From Vicingaceae bacterium (GTDB taxonomy: Bacteria > Bacteroidota > Bacteroidia > Flavobacteriales_E > Vicingaceae), in the NCBI GenBank assembly GCA_965267605.1, contig OZ254088.1, forward strand, positions 1,354,790-1,418,789: a DNA stretch of 64,000 bases, written 5' to 3'. The notes under the pieces are model-generated. The model saw only the letters and a list, made by a program, of their open reading frames with translations, was not told the DNA's origin and did no database searches. Positions 28,208 through 36,794 of the stretch are shown here, piece after piece. The translations under genes and the position numbers were made by a program. How positions within the stretch are numbered: position 1 is the first letter of the stretch; each line of letters opens with the position of its first letter.

Positions 28208-30361
28208 GTGCGCGTTTACCTCTCCATACTCTTTGCGCTGCTATCGCTTGCCGGTACAGCACAATTTCAACCTTCACCATTCACGTATAACCGTGATTCG
28301 ATCATTAAGTACCGCAATCTGCTTGAGAATGCTACTTCCAGAAAAGATCGATTTCGCATACTTGTTAGACTATCGGCCTACTACGCAAACAGCAATAGTC
28401 CCACCGAGATAGACTCTGGTTTGCTTTACGCACACATTAACCTTAGAGAAACACCGGAGGATCACGTAGCCAATCGCGCTCATATCTATCACCAAATAGC
28501 TTTATGTCATATTAGTCAAAGGGATATGATGGGAAGTGTTGAGGCGAGCATTGAGTCTATGCGTCTCTACGAGCAGCTTGGAAAAGATTCACTGGCAATG
28601 ATGAAGGCCTTCGCAATTGGCAACATCTATACACACTTAGGACAGATCAGCAAAGCCATTCCTTATCACCTTAAAGCCCTGAAATATGCAGAGAAGCATG
28701 ACTATAAGCTCGAATACATGCGAATTTGCTCAGGAATTGCGGACTCATACCGTATCATGGGTGATTATACCAAAGCGATCGACTACTCAAGTAAAGCACT
28801 GAACGCGGCCATTAAGTCAGGCAATGATATCCGAATCGGATATGCTTACTACAGTCTCGCCAGCATCATGTACGAGCAAGAGAACTTTGAGAAGTCGATT
28901 GAGGTCATGCGAAAAGGAGAACAACACTTTCAGTCAAGTGGAGAACGCCATGGTGTTGCCTTGTCTCAAAACCTTATTGGAGCTTCTTATGCCGAACTGG
29001 AGCAATTCAACAAAGCGCTGTTCCATTTAAAGAAGGCGCGTAGCATATGGATTGTGGACAGGATGAAGGAACCTTATGTTGCCTCTGTAGATGAGGTGCT
29101 GGGTCTTGCCTACTACAAACTCGGGCAAGACGACAAAGCCATACAGATACTGGAAAACGCCATCCGAATTTGTACAGAAAAAGGCTACTATCAGCAATTG
29201 GCAAGTTGTTACAAGACCCTGTACCTGGTGCACAATCGAAAGAAAAACTTCCAGCAGGCATTGGATGCTTACGTGAACTATTCTACTTATAACGATTCCG
29301 TTGCCGATCTGGCAAATAGAGAGGCACTTGACAAGCTGGAAAGTGAACACAAGGAAGACACGAAGCAACTGATGATTGATAAACTACAGGCTGCTAACGT
29401 TGCAAGGGACAAGGAATTCGAACGTCAGCGCTGGCAAAACATTGCGCTGTTCGGATGTCTTGGATTGGCCGTAGTATTAGTGATTATTGCTTTGATAGGC
29501 TATAACAACAAACGCAGATCAGTGGTGCTGATTAACGAACAGAAACAGGAAGCGGAAGAGCAACGAGAATTAGCCAACGAGCAGCGGCTCATTGCCGAAG
29601 AGAAGAACAGGGAGATTCTTGATTCCATTTCTTACGCCAAGCGTTTGCAGGATGCGGTGATTCCACCTGCTGCACAGTTCATTCAGAACTTTAGCGAGGG
29701 TTTCGTCCTTTTTAAACCCAAGGATATCGTATCGGGTGATTTCTATTGGATGAGCACCTCCGGCAGCGCTGTTTACTTTGCCTGCGTAGACTGCACCGGG
29801 CATGGTGTGCCAGGAGCAATGGTGAGCATGGTGGGCAACAATGCTCTCAACAGGTGTGTAAGAGAATTTGGTTTGACTAAGCCTTCTGAAATATTAGACA
29901 GGTTGTCTGATCTTGTTGAAGAAACATTCAAGGATTCTACCTCCAGCGTTAAGGATGGAATGGACATTGCCTTGTGCAAGTTTGACAGAGATGCGCATAC
30001 GCTGGAATACGCAGGTGCCAACAATCCACTTTGGATCATTCGTTCCAACGGGAACGAGGTAGAGGAGACAAAAGCGGATAAGCAACCCATTGGGTGGTTC
30101 TTCGAGAAACAACCCTTTGTAAATCATGAGGTAGCACTCAATCCGGGCGACAGCATCTTCCTTTTTTCCGATGGATATGCCGATCAATTTGGGGGACCAA
30201 AGGGTAAGAAATTCAAGTACCGTCAACTGAGGGAACTCCTTTTAGCGCATAACAATAAGTCGATGGGTGAACTCGAATCCATTCTGCATCAGAAGTTCGA
30301 AGAATGGCGTGGAGAGCTTGATCAAATAGACGATGTATGTGTTTTGGGTGCTAGGGTCTAA
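28208..30361 (+). CDS. Sensor protein: N-terminal signal peptide and TPR repeats, one transmembrane helix, a coiled coil, then a SpoIIE/PP2C phosphatase domain
   Basis: TPR-like helices through residue about 400. The transmembrane segment is IALFGCLGLAVVLVIIALIGY. The PP2C block (DIVSGDFYWM...VDCTGHGVPGAMVSM...FSDGYADQFGG...IDDVCVLGARV) is paralogous to 20727..22253. Confidence 0.8.
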   Translation: MRVYLSILFALLSLAGTAQFQPSPFTYNRDSIIKYRNLLENATSRKDRFRILVRLSAYYANSNSPTEIDSGLLYAHINLRETPEDHVANRAHIYHQIALCHISQRDMMGSVEASIESMRLYEQLGKDSLAMMKAFAIGNIYTHLGQISKAIPYHLKALKYAEKHDYKLEYMRICSGIADSYRIMGDYTKAIDYSSKALNAAIKSGNDIRIGYAYYSLASIMYEQENFEKSIEVMRKGEQHFQSSGERHGVALSQNLIGASYAELEQFNKALFHLKKARSIWIVDRMKEPYVASVDEVLGLAYYKLGQDDKAIQILENAIRICTEKGYYQQLASCYKTLYLVHNRKKNFQQALDAYVNYSTYNDSVADLANREALDKLESEHKEDTKQLMIDKLQAANVARDKEFERQRWQNIALFGCLGLAVVLVIIALIGYNNKRRSVVLINEQKQEAEEQRELANEQRLIAEEKNREILDSISYAKRLQDAVIPPAAQFIQNFSEGFVLFKPKDIVSGDFYWMSTSGSAVYFACVDCTGHGVPGAMVSMVGNNALNRCVREFGLTKPSEILDRLSDLVEETFKDSTSSVKDGMDIALCKFDRDAHTLEYAGANNPLWIIRSNGNEVEETKADKQPIGWFFEKQPFVNHEVALNPGDSIFLFSDGYADQFGGPKGKKFKYRQLRELLLAHNNKSMGELESILHQKFEEWRGELDQIDDVCVLGARV

Positions 30362-30410
30362 GTCAGAAATCGGCTATTCGCGAACTCATTTGATATTCAA
30401 TCTCGCAGTG

Positions 30411-30452
30411 AGTCAAATCGATGACGTTTGTGTCTTAGGTGCCAGAGTATAA
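30411..30452 (+). pseudogene. Orphan 3'-terminal gene fragment homologous to the last 13 codons plus stop of the upstream TPR-SpoIIE gene
   Basis: caaatcgatgacgtttgtgtcttaggtgccagagtataa translates to QIDDVCVLGARV*, identical to the end of 28208..30361 but differing at 9 synonymous third positions. It lies 50 bp downstream of that gene's stop. Confidence 0.5.
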
Positions 30453-30669
30453 TATTGAGGCCATCGATTCATGTGCTCATATAGATCATTCTGCGCGAAT
30501 AATATAGACTATGCCCGCCTGGCGGACGGGCAGGTATGTGTTCTTGGAACCCGCATCCAGGCTGTTAAAAATCGTTAATAGCCGAACATTCCGCATTTCG
30601 TTCATGTAGAATAAATAGTGTTAGTCATTTTTGACTAGATTAGTTTAGTATCAACCAAAACCGATTTAC

Positions 30670-31242
30670 ATGGCAGAATGGTGGGAAGGTCTAATGACCA
30701 TCGAGAAAGTTTACTGGTGTTTCGCAATTCCTTCAACAATTATTTTCCTGATTATGATGGTGCTCACCTTTGTAGGTGGAGACACAGACCCAGGTCTGGA
30801 AACAGATGTTGAAGTTGAAGCGGATGCTGGCGTTGGGTTTCAGTTCATATCAGTAAAATCCCTTCTCGGCTTCTTCACCGTGTTCTCGTGGGCTGGTCTG
30901 TCTTGCATAGATGCAGGATACTCCACCGGCACTACAATTACGATTTCCTCACTTGCTGGTCTCGCCATGATGGCCGCGGTTGCCACTATGTTCTATTTCA
31001 TGACCAAGCTACAGGATAGCGGAACGCTCGATATGCGAAATGCGATTGATGGAATTGGTGAAGTATACCTTAGAATTCCAGGAGAACGAGGCGGCATGGG
31101 TAAAGTTCAAATCAAGATCCAGGGTTCCTTAAGAGAGCTCGATGCACTGTCAGACGACATCGAAGCGTTGGAACGTGGTATGGTGATACGGGTGACCAAC
31201 ATTGTAAGCGAAAACATTCTATTAGTAACTAAAGAGAAATAA
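30670..31242 (+). CDS. NfeD-like (YuaF/YqiJ-type) membrane protein, partner of flotillin
   Basis: N-terminal transmembrane helices, then a C-terminal beta OB-like domain (GKVQIKIQGSLRELDALSDDIEALERGMVIRVTNI). It sits 9 bp upstream of the flotillin gene. Confidence 0.6.
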   Translation: MAEWWEGLMTIEKVYWCFAIPSTIIFLIMMVLTFVGGDTDPGLETDVEVEADAGVGFQFISVKSLLGFFTVFSWAGLSCIDAGYSTGTTITISSLAGLAMMAAVATMFYFMTKLQDSGTLDMRNAIDGIGEVYLRIPGERGGMGKVQIKIQGSLRELDALSDDIEALERGMVIRVTNIVSENILLVTKEK

Positions 31243-31250
31243 CTACATCT

Positions 31251-32750
31251 ATGGGTATTCTAACTACAATCTTCCTTCAATTTTCAGGCGGTATTCCGTC
31301 AAATGTTGTACTGGTAGCGCTAATTGCGCTCGCGTTTATAGTCTTCTTCGTGATGTTCACGAGAAGGTACAAACGGTGTCCTTCTGACCGGATTCTGGTC
31401 GTTTACGGTAAGGTTGGCTCCGGTGGACAAGCAGGAGGAAGATCTGCGAAGTGTATCCATGGTGGTGCCGCATTTATTATCCCGATTATTCAGGACTATG
31501 AATTCCTCGATCTGACACCCATCTCCATTGAGGTAAACCTTACAAACGCCCTGTCAAAGCAAAACATTCGAGTTGATGTACCTTCTCGATTCACAGTCGG
31601 TATCTCCACTGAACCTGGTATTATGACCAACGCAGCAGAGAGATTGCTTGGCTTAGGTCAGGAAGACGTTCGTCATCTGGCGCTGGATATCATCTTTGGT
31701 CAGCTTCGTTTGATTGTTGCAACGATGGATATCGAAGAGATCAACAGCAACAGGGATAAGTTCCTTGCCAACGTAACGCATAACGTGGAAGCGGAATTGA
31801 AGAAGGTTGGATTGAAACTGATCAACGTAAACCTTACGGATATCCGTGATGAGTCAGGGTATATTGAAGCTCTGGGTAAAGAAGCCGCAGCAAAAGCGAT
31901 CAACGATGCGAAGAAGTCTGTTGCTGAGAAGAACAGAGATGGTTCGATTGGTGAGGCACAAGCACTTCAGGATCAAAGGGTCCAGGTTGCCGATGCCAAT
32001 GCACGCGCAGTTGAAGGTGAAAACGAAGCCAAAATTGTGGTAGCTAACTCTGAAGCATCTCGAAGAGAAAAAGAGGCGGAAGCGGAAAGACTGGCAACGG
32101 CAGCCGAGAAAGTACAGACGGCAAAAGCGCTCGAAGAAGCTTATGCCGCAGAGAAAGAAGCAGAAAGCGTCAGAGCGGAACGTGAAAGGGCCTCTCAACA
32201 TGCGGATATTGTAATTCCAGCTGAGATCGACAAGCAGAAGGTGGAGATTGATGCAGAAGCTGATGCCGAGCAAATCAGACGGATTGCTAAAGGTGAGGCA
32301 GACGCAATCTTCCTCAAGAAGCAAGCTGAAGCGAAAGGTATTTATGAGATTCTAACCAAGCAGGCGGAGGGTATGGAGATGTTGGTGAAAGCAGCCAACA
32401 ATGATCCGGAAAAGGCAGCCTTGCTGATGATCGCGGATAACCTGCCACAGCTTGTACAACTTCAGGCCGAAGCGATCAAGAACATTCAGATCGATAAGGT
32501 TACTGTTTGGGATTCCGGTAGCGGTGGTAAGGATGGTAAAACATCTACTGCCAACTTCATTTCAGGCCTTTACGGCTCCGTTCCTCCACTTGAAGAAATG
32601 TTCAAGATGGCTGGAATGCAACTACCAGGTTACCTCAAAGGTGAGCCCGTGGAAGATCAGAAACCTGAAGTAGTGCCTGTTGATGAAGATCCAGATACAC
32701 CTCCAACGCCACCACCGGCTCCGGAGAGCGGAGAGGATCAGGCAACGTAA
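31251..32750 (+). CDS. Flotillin (SPFH/band-7 family, FloT/YuaG-like)
   Basis: N-terminal membrane anchor, SPFH domain, then a long EA-rich coiled-coil region typical of flotillins (AEKEAESVRAERERASQ...). Confidence 0.85.
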   Translation: MGILTTIFLQFSGGIPSNVVLVALIALAFIVFFVMFTRRYKRCPSDRILVVYGKVGSGGQAGGRSAKCIHGGAAFIIPIIQDYEFLDLTPISIEVNLTNALSKQNIRVDVPSRFTVGISTEPGIMTNAAERLLGLGQEDVRHLALDIIFGQLRLIVATMDIEEINSNRDKFLANVTHNVEAELKKVGLKLINVNLTDIRDESGYIEALGKEAAAKAINDAKKSVAEKNRDGSIGEAQALQDQRVQVADANARAVEGENEAKIVVANSEASRREKEAEAERLATAAEKVQTAKALEEAYAAEKEAESVRAERERASQHADIVIPAEIDKQKVEIDAEADAEQIRRIAKGEADAIFLKKQAEAKGIYEILTKQAEGMEMLVKAANNDPEKAALLMIADNLPQLVQLQAEAIKNIQIDKVTVWDSGSGGKDGKTSTANFISGLYGSVPPLEEMFKMAGMQLPGYLKGEPVEDQKPEVVPVDEDPDTPPTPPPAPESGEDQAT

Positions 32751-33112
32751 TCCTGTTTGATCACAAGCGCATATTTGCCGTCTTCTAATTCAAGATAGCC
32801 CTGCTCATAAACGTAATGGTAGGTTTTACCTTGTGAAGTTGTGTAAGTGCTTGTGAAATAGTTGAAATCAAAACCAGCCTTCAATAATTCATCCCGAGAC
32901 ACCTTAGTGGTTCCCTCGGGATTCATTTCTTTTAGTATCGTTCGGTTCTTTCTAAGCCGATTATTGATGTTCCGAACGAGGTTATTCTCGTCTCTATTCT
33001 TCTTGTTGTGATATGAATTTCGGCATTGATCAGAACAAAATTTCTTATCTCCCCGACCCTTTAATTCATCTCCACACTCCAGACATATCGGGGATTCCAT
33101 AACGTCACTCAT
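32738..33112 (-). CDS. Hypothetical protein with an N-terminal C4 zinc ribbon
   Basis: CLECGDEL...FCSDQCRNSYH CxxC...CxxC pair; the rest is unrecognised. Confidence 0.45.
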   Translation of the reverse strand: MSDVMESPICLECGDELKGRGDKKFCSDQCRNSYHNKKNRDENNLVRNINNRLRKNRTILKEMNPEGTTKVSRDELLKAGFDFNYFTSTYTTSQGKTYHYVYEQGYLELEDGKYALVIKQDYVA

Positions 33113-33269
33113 TGCTGATTTTTCTATTTACAAACGTTTACAAACGAATACAAATGTAAGTTAATTGTTTATCATACGAGTCTACCTTGCCACTCCCCTC
33201 ACCTTTGTCCTGTCAGTTTTCGAAAACGACTCACGAATCAAATTTTAGTAAACAATTAATTCTAGTTAA

Positions 33270-33605
33270 ATGAAAAGTCTAAGAAACAAGGTACAGTTGA
33301 TCGGTAATCTAGGTACAGATCCAGAAATCAAGGAATTCGATAACGGCAGCATGCTTGCAAAGCTGGTAGTCGCTACGAACGATTCGTACAAAAACGCCAA
33401 AGGTGAAAAGATCGAAGAAACCCAATGGCACAATTGCGTAGTATGGGGAAAGCCCGCAGAAATAGCCTCCAAATACCTGAAGAAAGGAAGTGAGCTGTGT
33501 ATTGAGGGCAAGCTCACTACAAGAATGTGGGAAGACAGTGATGGCAATAAACGCTATACAACCGAGGTCGTTGTCAAGGACTTCCTGATGCTTGGCGGCA
33601 AATAA
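33270..33605 (+). CDS. ssb: Single-stranded DNA-binding protein (short Bacteroidota type, no acidic tail)
   Basis: MKSLRNKVQLIGNLGTDPEIKEF...TQWHNCVVWGKPAEIASKYLKKGSELCIEGKLTTRMWEDSDGNKRYTTEVVV is an OB-fold SSB signature. Confidence 0.9.
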   Translation: MKSLRNKVQLIGNLGTDPEIKEFDNGSMLAKLVVATNDSYKNAKGEKIEETQWHNCVVWGKPAEIASKYLKKGSELCIEGKLTTRMWEDSDGNKRYTTEVVVKDFLMLGGK

Positions 33606-33626
33606 GAAATCCAGCATCGAACAGAA

Positions 33627-33655
33627 CCCCTACACTTTGTGTAGGGGTTTTTTAT
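33627..33655 (+). terminator. rho-independent terminator after ssb
   Basis: CCCCTACAC-tttg-TGTAGGGG followed by TTTTTTAT. Confidence 0.7.
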
Positions 33656-33688
33656 GACCCCAGTTCTACATCGCAAAAGAGAATTTAC

Positions 33689-33982
33689 ATGAATACTTAC
33701 TACGTATACCTATTGAAATGCGCTGATGGATCATACTTCAGTGGCATCACCAACGATATTGATCGGAAATTAAAAGAGCATTGCCTCGGGCAGAAATCGG
33801 GCTGCTGGACCTACTCCAGAAGGCCCCTAAAATTGGTCTTTCTTACCAGCTCAGATGATCCTGGCTGGGCCCTTGATCTGGATAAGCGTATCAAGAAATG
33901 GAAGAGATCAAGGAAGCGGACAGTGGTGAGCGAGACCTTTGACGCCTTTCCGGGCCTGTCTCTTGCCAAATGGGCTGATTGA
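33689..33982 (+). CDS. GIY-YIG nuclease family protein (YhbQ/UPF0213-like, about 97 aa)
   Basis: YYVYLLKCADGSYFSGITNDIDRKLKEH is the classic GIY-YIG N-terminus. Confidence 0.8.
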   Translation: MNTYYVYLLKCADGSYFSGITNDIDRKLKEHCLGQKSGCWTYSRRPLKLVFLTSSDDPGWALDLDKRIKKWKRSRKRTVVSETFDAFPGLSLAKWAD

Positions 33983-34053
33983 TCCCAAGAGAGTGTTTGT
34001 CACCGTATTTTGGTGGCAAACACTTTCTTATATTTAATCAAGAACCTTCAGAT

Positions 34054-34395
34054 ATGGCATACAGCGAACTACTTGCGGACCGGGTACGACAAGTACTTAA
34101 CGAACGAAAGATTCCATCCGAAGAAAAGAAGATGATGGGAGGATTGTGCTTTATGGTAGATGATAAAATGTGCGTAGGCATTGTGGGTGAAGAACTCATG
34201 GCAAGAATTGATCCCGATATCTACGAAGAAGCACTCTCCAAACCTGGTTGTAAGGAAATGAACTTCACCGGACGTCCTATGAAAGGCTTCGTGTTTGTAG
34301 AAGCCGAGGGAACCGACATGGATGATGATCTTGATTACTGGGTGGAACTATGTCTTGATTTCAATCCCAGGGCCAAATCAAGCAAGAAGAAATAA
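34054..34395 (+). CDS. TfoX/Sxy N-terminal-domain family protein
   Basis: LADRVRQVL...EEKKMMGGLCFMVDDKMCVGIV matches the TfoX_N pattern (..Ri...L.....v.EkkMFGGlaFmvnGkMf.g). ATG at 34054 preferred over the track start. Confidence 0.65.
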   Translation: MAYSELLADRVRQVLNERKIPSEEKKMMGGLCFMVDDKMCVGIVGEELMARIDPDIYEEALSKPGCKEMNFTGRPMKGFVFVEAEGTDMDDDLDYWVELCLDFNPRAKSSKKK

Positions 34396-34400
34396 AAAAA

Positions 34401-34425
34401 TCCCTTCCCATGATGGGGAAGGGAT
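34401..34425. terminator. Bidirectional hairpin terminator between convergent genes
   Basis: TCCCTTCCC-atgatg-GGGAAGGGA with an A-run on the + side (a U-run for the minus-strand YceI transcript). Confidence 0.55.
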
Positions 34426-34449
34426 CTCCTCAATAAGTAGTATCAACCG

Positions 34450-35100
34450 TTACTTATTGGCAGTCAGCTCAAAGTTTAGAACGATGTCGTCCGAAAGAAC
34501 CATGTCTTTACCAGGACTATAGGAAACATCGTAGTTCTGTCTGTTAAACGTAAGTGTGCCGGTAGCAGAGAATGTACCATCTGCTTCATTCCAATTCGAA
34601 ACTACAACGGTCTCTTCATTGGTTTTTCCTTTAATGGTCAGATCACCAACGATTCCCGCATCGGTCATACTCTTGACCTTGAATGAGGCGGTTGGGTTAT
34701 CACCAGTTGCGAAGAATTCCGGACTTGACAAATGTCCTACCAGATTCTCTGGTGTTTTCTGCTCATCAGGATTGTAATTCTCATCTGTTGGAGTGATGGT
34801 ACCCATATCGATAACAATGTCTCCTCCGGTAACCGCACCACCTTCAGTAGTGATAGCTCCTTCTTTGATGTTAATGGTTCCCTCGTGTGCATACACACCT
34901 AACATTTCACCTTTCCACATTACCTTACTACCGGCTACATCAACATTGTAAGTTGTGGCCTCAGCAACTTCGTCCATTGCTTCATTCATTTCTTCGATGA
35001 GGGCATCTGCAGCTGCATCTGCTTCCTCTTCTCCTCCACCGCAAGCGGTCATAACAGCAACTGCTGTAAAAGCCATCGCTGCGATTTTCAATTGTTTCAT
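34450..35100 (-). CDS. YceI-like periplasmic lipoprotein (polyisoprenoid-binding family)
   Basis: Lipobox VMTACGG; YNVDVAGSKVMWKGEMLGVYAHEGTINIKEGAIT and overall YceI beta-barrel pattern. Confidence 0.75.
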   Translation of the reverse strand: MKQLKIAAMAFTAVAVMTACGGGEEEADAAADALIEEMNEAMDEVAEATTYNVDVAGSKVMWKGEMLGVYAHEGTINIKEGAITTEGGAVTGGDIVIDMGTITPTDENYNPDEQKTPENLVGHLSSPEFFATGDNPTASFKVKSMTDAGIVGDLTIKGKTNEETVVVSNWNEADGTFSATGTLTFNRQNYDVSYSPGKDMVLSDDIVLNFELTANK

Positions 35101-35188
35101 GCTTTTGATTTTGATTTATACACATTGAATATATGTATATACACATATCTAGGTGTATGGTTCACGACATACCTTATATTTACACCCT

Positions 35189-35473
35189 ATGGTGAAGACA
35201 TTCAAACTCGTTGCCCTCCTGGAAGGCCTATCATTCCTGCTATTGGTGTTCATTTGCATGCCACTAAAACACATTTGGGAAATTCCTGAACCTGTGAGGT
35301 ACGTGGGAATGGCGCATGGTGTTTTATTCCTGCTCTATTGCGCACTTCTCTACCCCATGGTAGAAAAGTTCAACTGGAAGTTCAAACACGTCTTCTTCGC
35401 ATTCATTGCGGCCATCCTGCCGTTTGGCACGTTCGTTGCCAACAAGAAGATTTATAAAGATATGTCGGCATGA
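35189..35473 (+). CDS. DUF3817-family small integral membrane protein
   Basis: MVKTFKLVALLEGLSFLLL...YVGMAHGVLFLLYC is typical of DUF3817. Start at ATG 35189. Confidence 0.6.
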   Translation: MVKTFKLVALLEGLSFLLLVFICMPLKHIWEIPEPVRYVGMAHGVLFLLYCALLYPMVEKFNWKFKHVFFAFIAAILPFGTFVANKKIYKDMSA

Positions 35474-35901
35474 CAGCCAGAGTTCTGCTTCTATTTATCG
35501 CTTGTCTTTCCATCCAAGTCTCCGCACAAAAAGTTCCAAAAGAAAAAGACATTCAAGGCACATGGGAGTGGACGGGGATCATTGAGAGCAACAAGTCCAG
35601 AAAGATTCAAAAGAAGGATAGCGTCATCCTCCCCATACCAGTTTCACTGGACCGAAATTGGGAAGTTTCTTTTGAAGACGGCAAAGTCAAGTGTATGGAC
35701 TGCGCGGGGTTCTACAATACTAAGATCGAGCCTGAAGTAATGGAAATCAACCTTAGCATGGATTGCAAGAAATGGGGCACACAGTGCTTTTTTTCGAACG
35801 GTCATGTAGTTAAAAAAGGTAAACGAACCCTTATCCTAACTGTTTATTATGGAAAGGACTCCTTCACGATGTTAGAACTTACCAAAGTCAAAAACGAATG
35901 A
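35470..35901 (+). CDS. Hypothetical secreted protein
   Basis: Signal peptide MTARVLLLFIACLSIQVSAQ; its start overlaps the upstream stop. Confidence 0.45.
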   Translation: MTARVLLLFIACLSIQVSAQKVPKEKDIQGTWEWTGIIESNKSRKIQKKDSVILPIPVSLDRNWEVSFEDGKVKCMDCAGFYNTKIEPEVMEINLSMDCKKWGTQCFFSNGHVVKKGKRTLILTVYYGKDSFTMLELTKVKNE

Positions 35902-36386
35902 TTCGTCTTGCCTCACTGGATGATGTTCCTGCCATTAATCTAATCTACAACCAAGCCATACGCTCCCTTGGCAAAACCGCTGATCTTAAGCCAATAGCCT
36001 TGCCTGACCATGAGAAGTGGTTTGAAGACAGGGATTCAGATATGTACCCACTATATGTTCTTGATATTGAAGACCAGACTGTAGGGTACTTCTACTTCGC
36101 ACCTTATAGAAAAGGAAGGGAAGCGCTCAATCAAACAGCGGAGATCACTTATTACCTAGACGAAGACCACCTCGGTAAAGGATTAGGCACCAAATTGATG
36201 GAATATGGGTTATCTCAGGCTGCAGATTTGGGCTTCACCACGCTTGTCGCAATTTTATTGGATTGCAATAAGGCCAGTATTGGCATCCTTAGGAAATTTG
36301 GGTTCGAAGAATGGGGGCGTGTTCCGAAAGCCGCCCGAATCAAGGGAATCGAGTACGATCATCTCTATTATGGGAGAAAAGTATAA
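35898..36386 (+). CDS. GNAT family N-acetyltransferase
   Basis: HLGKGLGTKLMEYGLSQAADLGFTTLVAILLDCNKASIGILRKFGFEEWG acetyl-CoA-binding motif. Confidence 0.8.
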   Translation: MIRLASLDDVPAINLIYNQAIRSLGKTADLKPIALPDHEKWFEDRDSDMYPLYVLDIEDQTVGYFYFAPYRKGREALNQTAEITYYLDEDHLGKGLGTKLMEYGLSQAADLGFTTLVAILLDCNKASIGILRKFGFEEWGRVPKAARIKGIEYDHLYYGRKV

Positions 36387-36475
36387 TTTCCGGTTGACAC
36401 CCGTGTTTAGTTAATAACATTTGGATTTCAATGCTGAATTCCATATCTTATTAGGGAATCCAAACCTCTCTCGCC

Positions 36476-36772
36476 ATGTCACATCCTGCCGCAACTGCGA
36501 TCAGAATTCGCAAAGAAGACATCCCTTCCCTTACATTCAGTGCTGAAGAAGTGCTCGAGACCCAAGATCAGATCATGAGCAGAATGGCTCATTTACAGAA
36601 GGGAATGCGTGGAGGTAATGCCAACAAACATAAAGTTCGGGTGTTCTTCCGCGATGTCACAGGTAGAACCTTTGAGGTAGAAACAACAATCTGGGCTGTA
36701 ACACCACAACGGGTCGTTTTCAAGCAAGGTGCGACCGTACCAATTTGTAGAGTGTCAGAAGTCAAATTGTAA
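36476..36772 (+). CDS. Hypothetical protein
   Basis: ORF only; no motif recognised. Confidence 0.3.
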   Translation: MSHPAATAIRIRKEDIPSLTFSAEEVLETQDQIMSRMAHLQKGMRGGNANKHKVRVFFRDVTGRTFEVETTIWAVTPQRVVFKQGATVPICRVSEVKL

Positions 36773-36794
36773 TTACAACTCGTATTTTGATGGT

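Noticed and set aside
30480-30560. GC-rich imperfect hairpin GCCCGCC-tggcgga-CGGGC in the gap after the SpoIIE gene
   Set aside because: No downstream U-run on either strand, so I did not call a terminator. It could be a protein-binding site, but there is no repeat partner.
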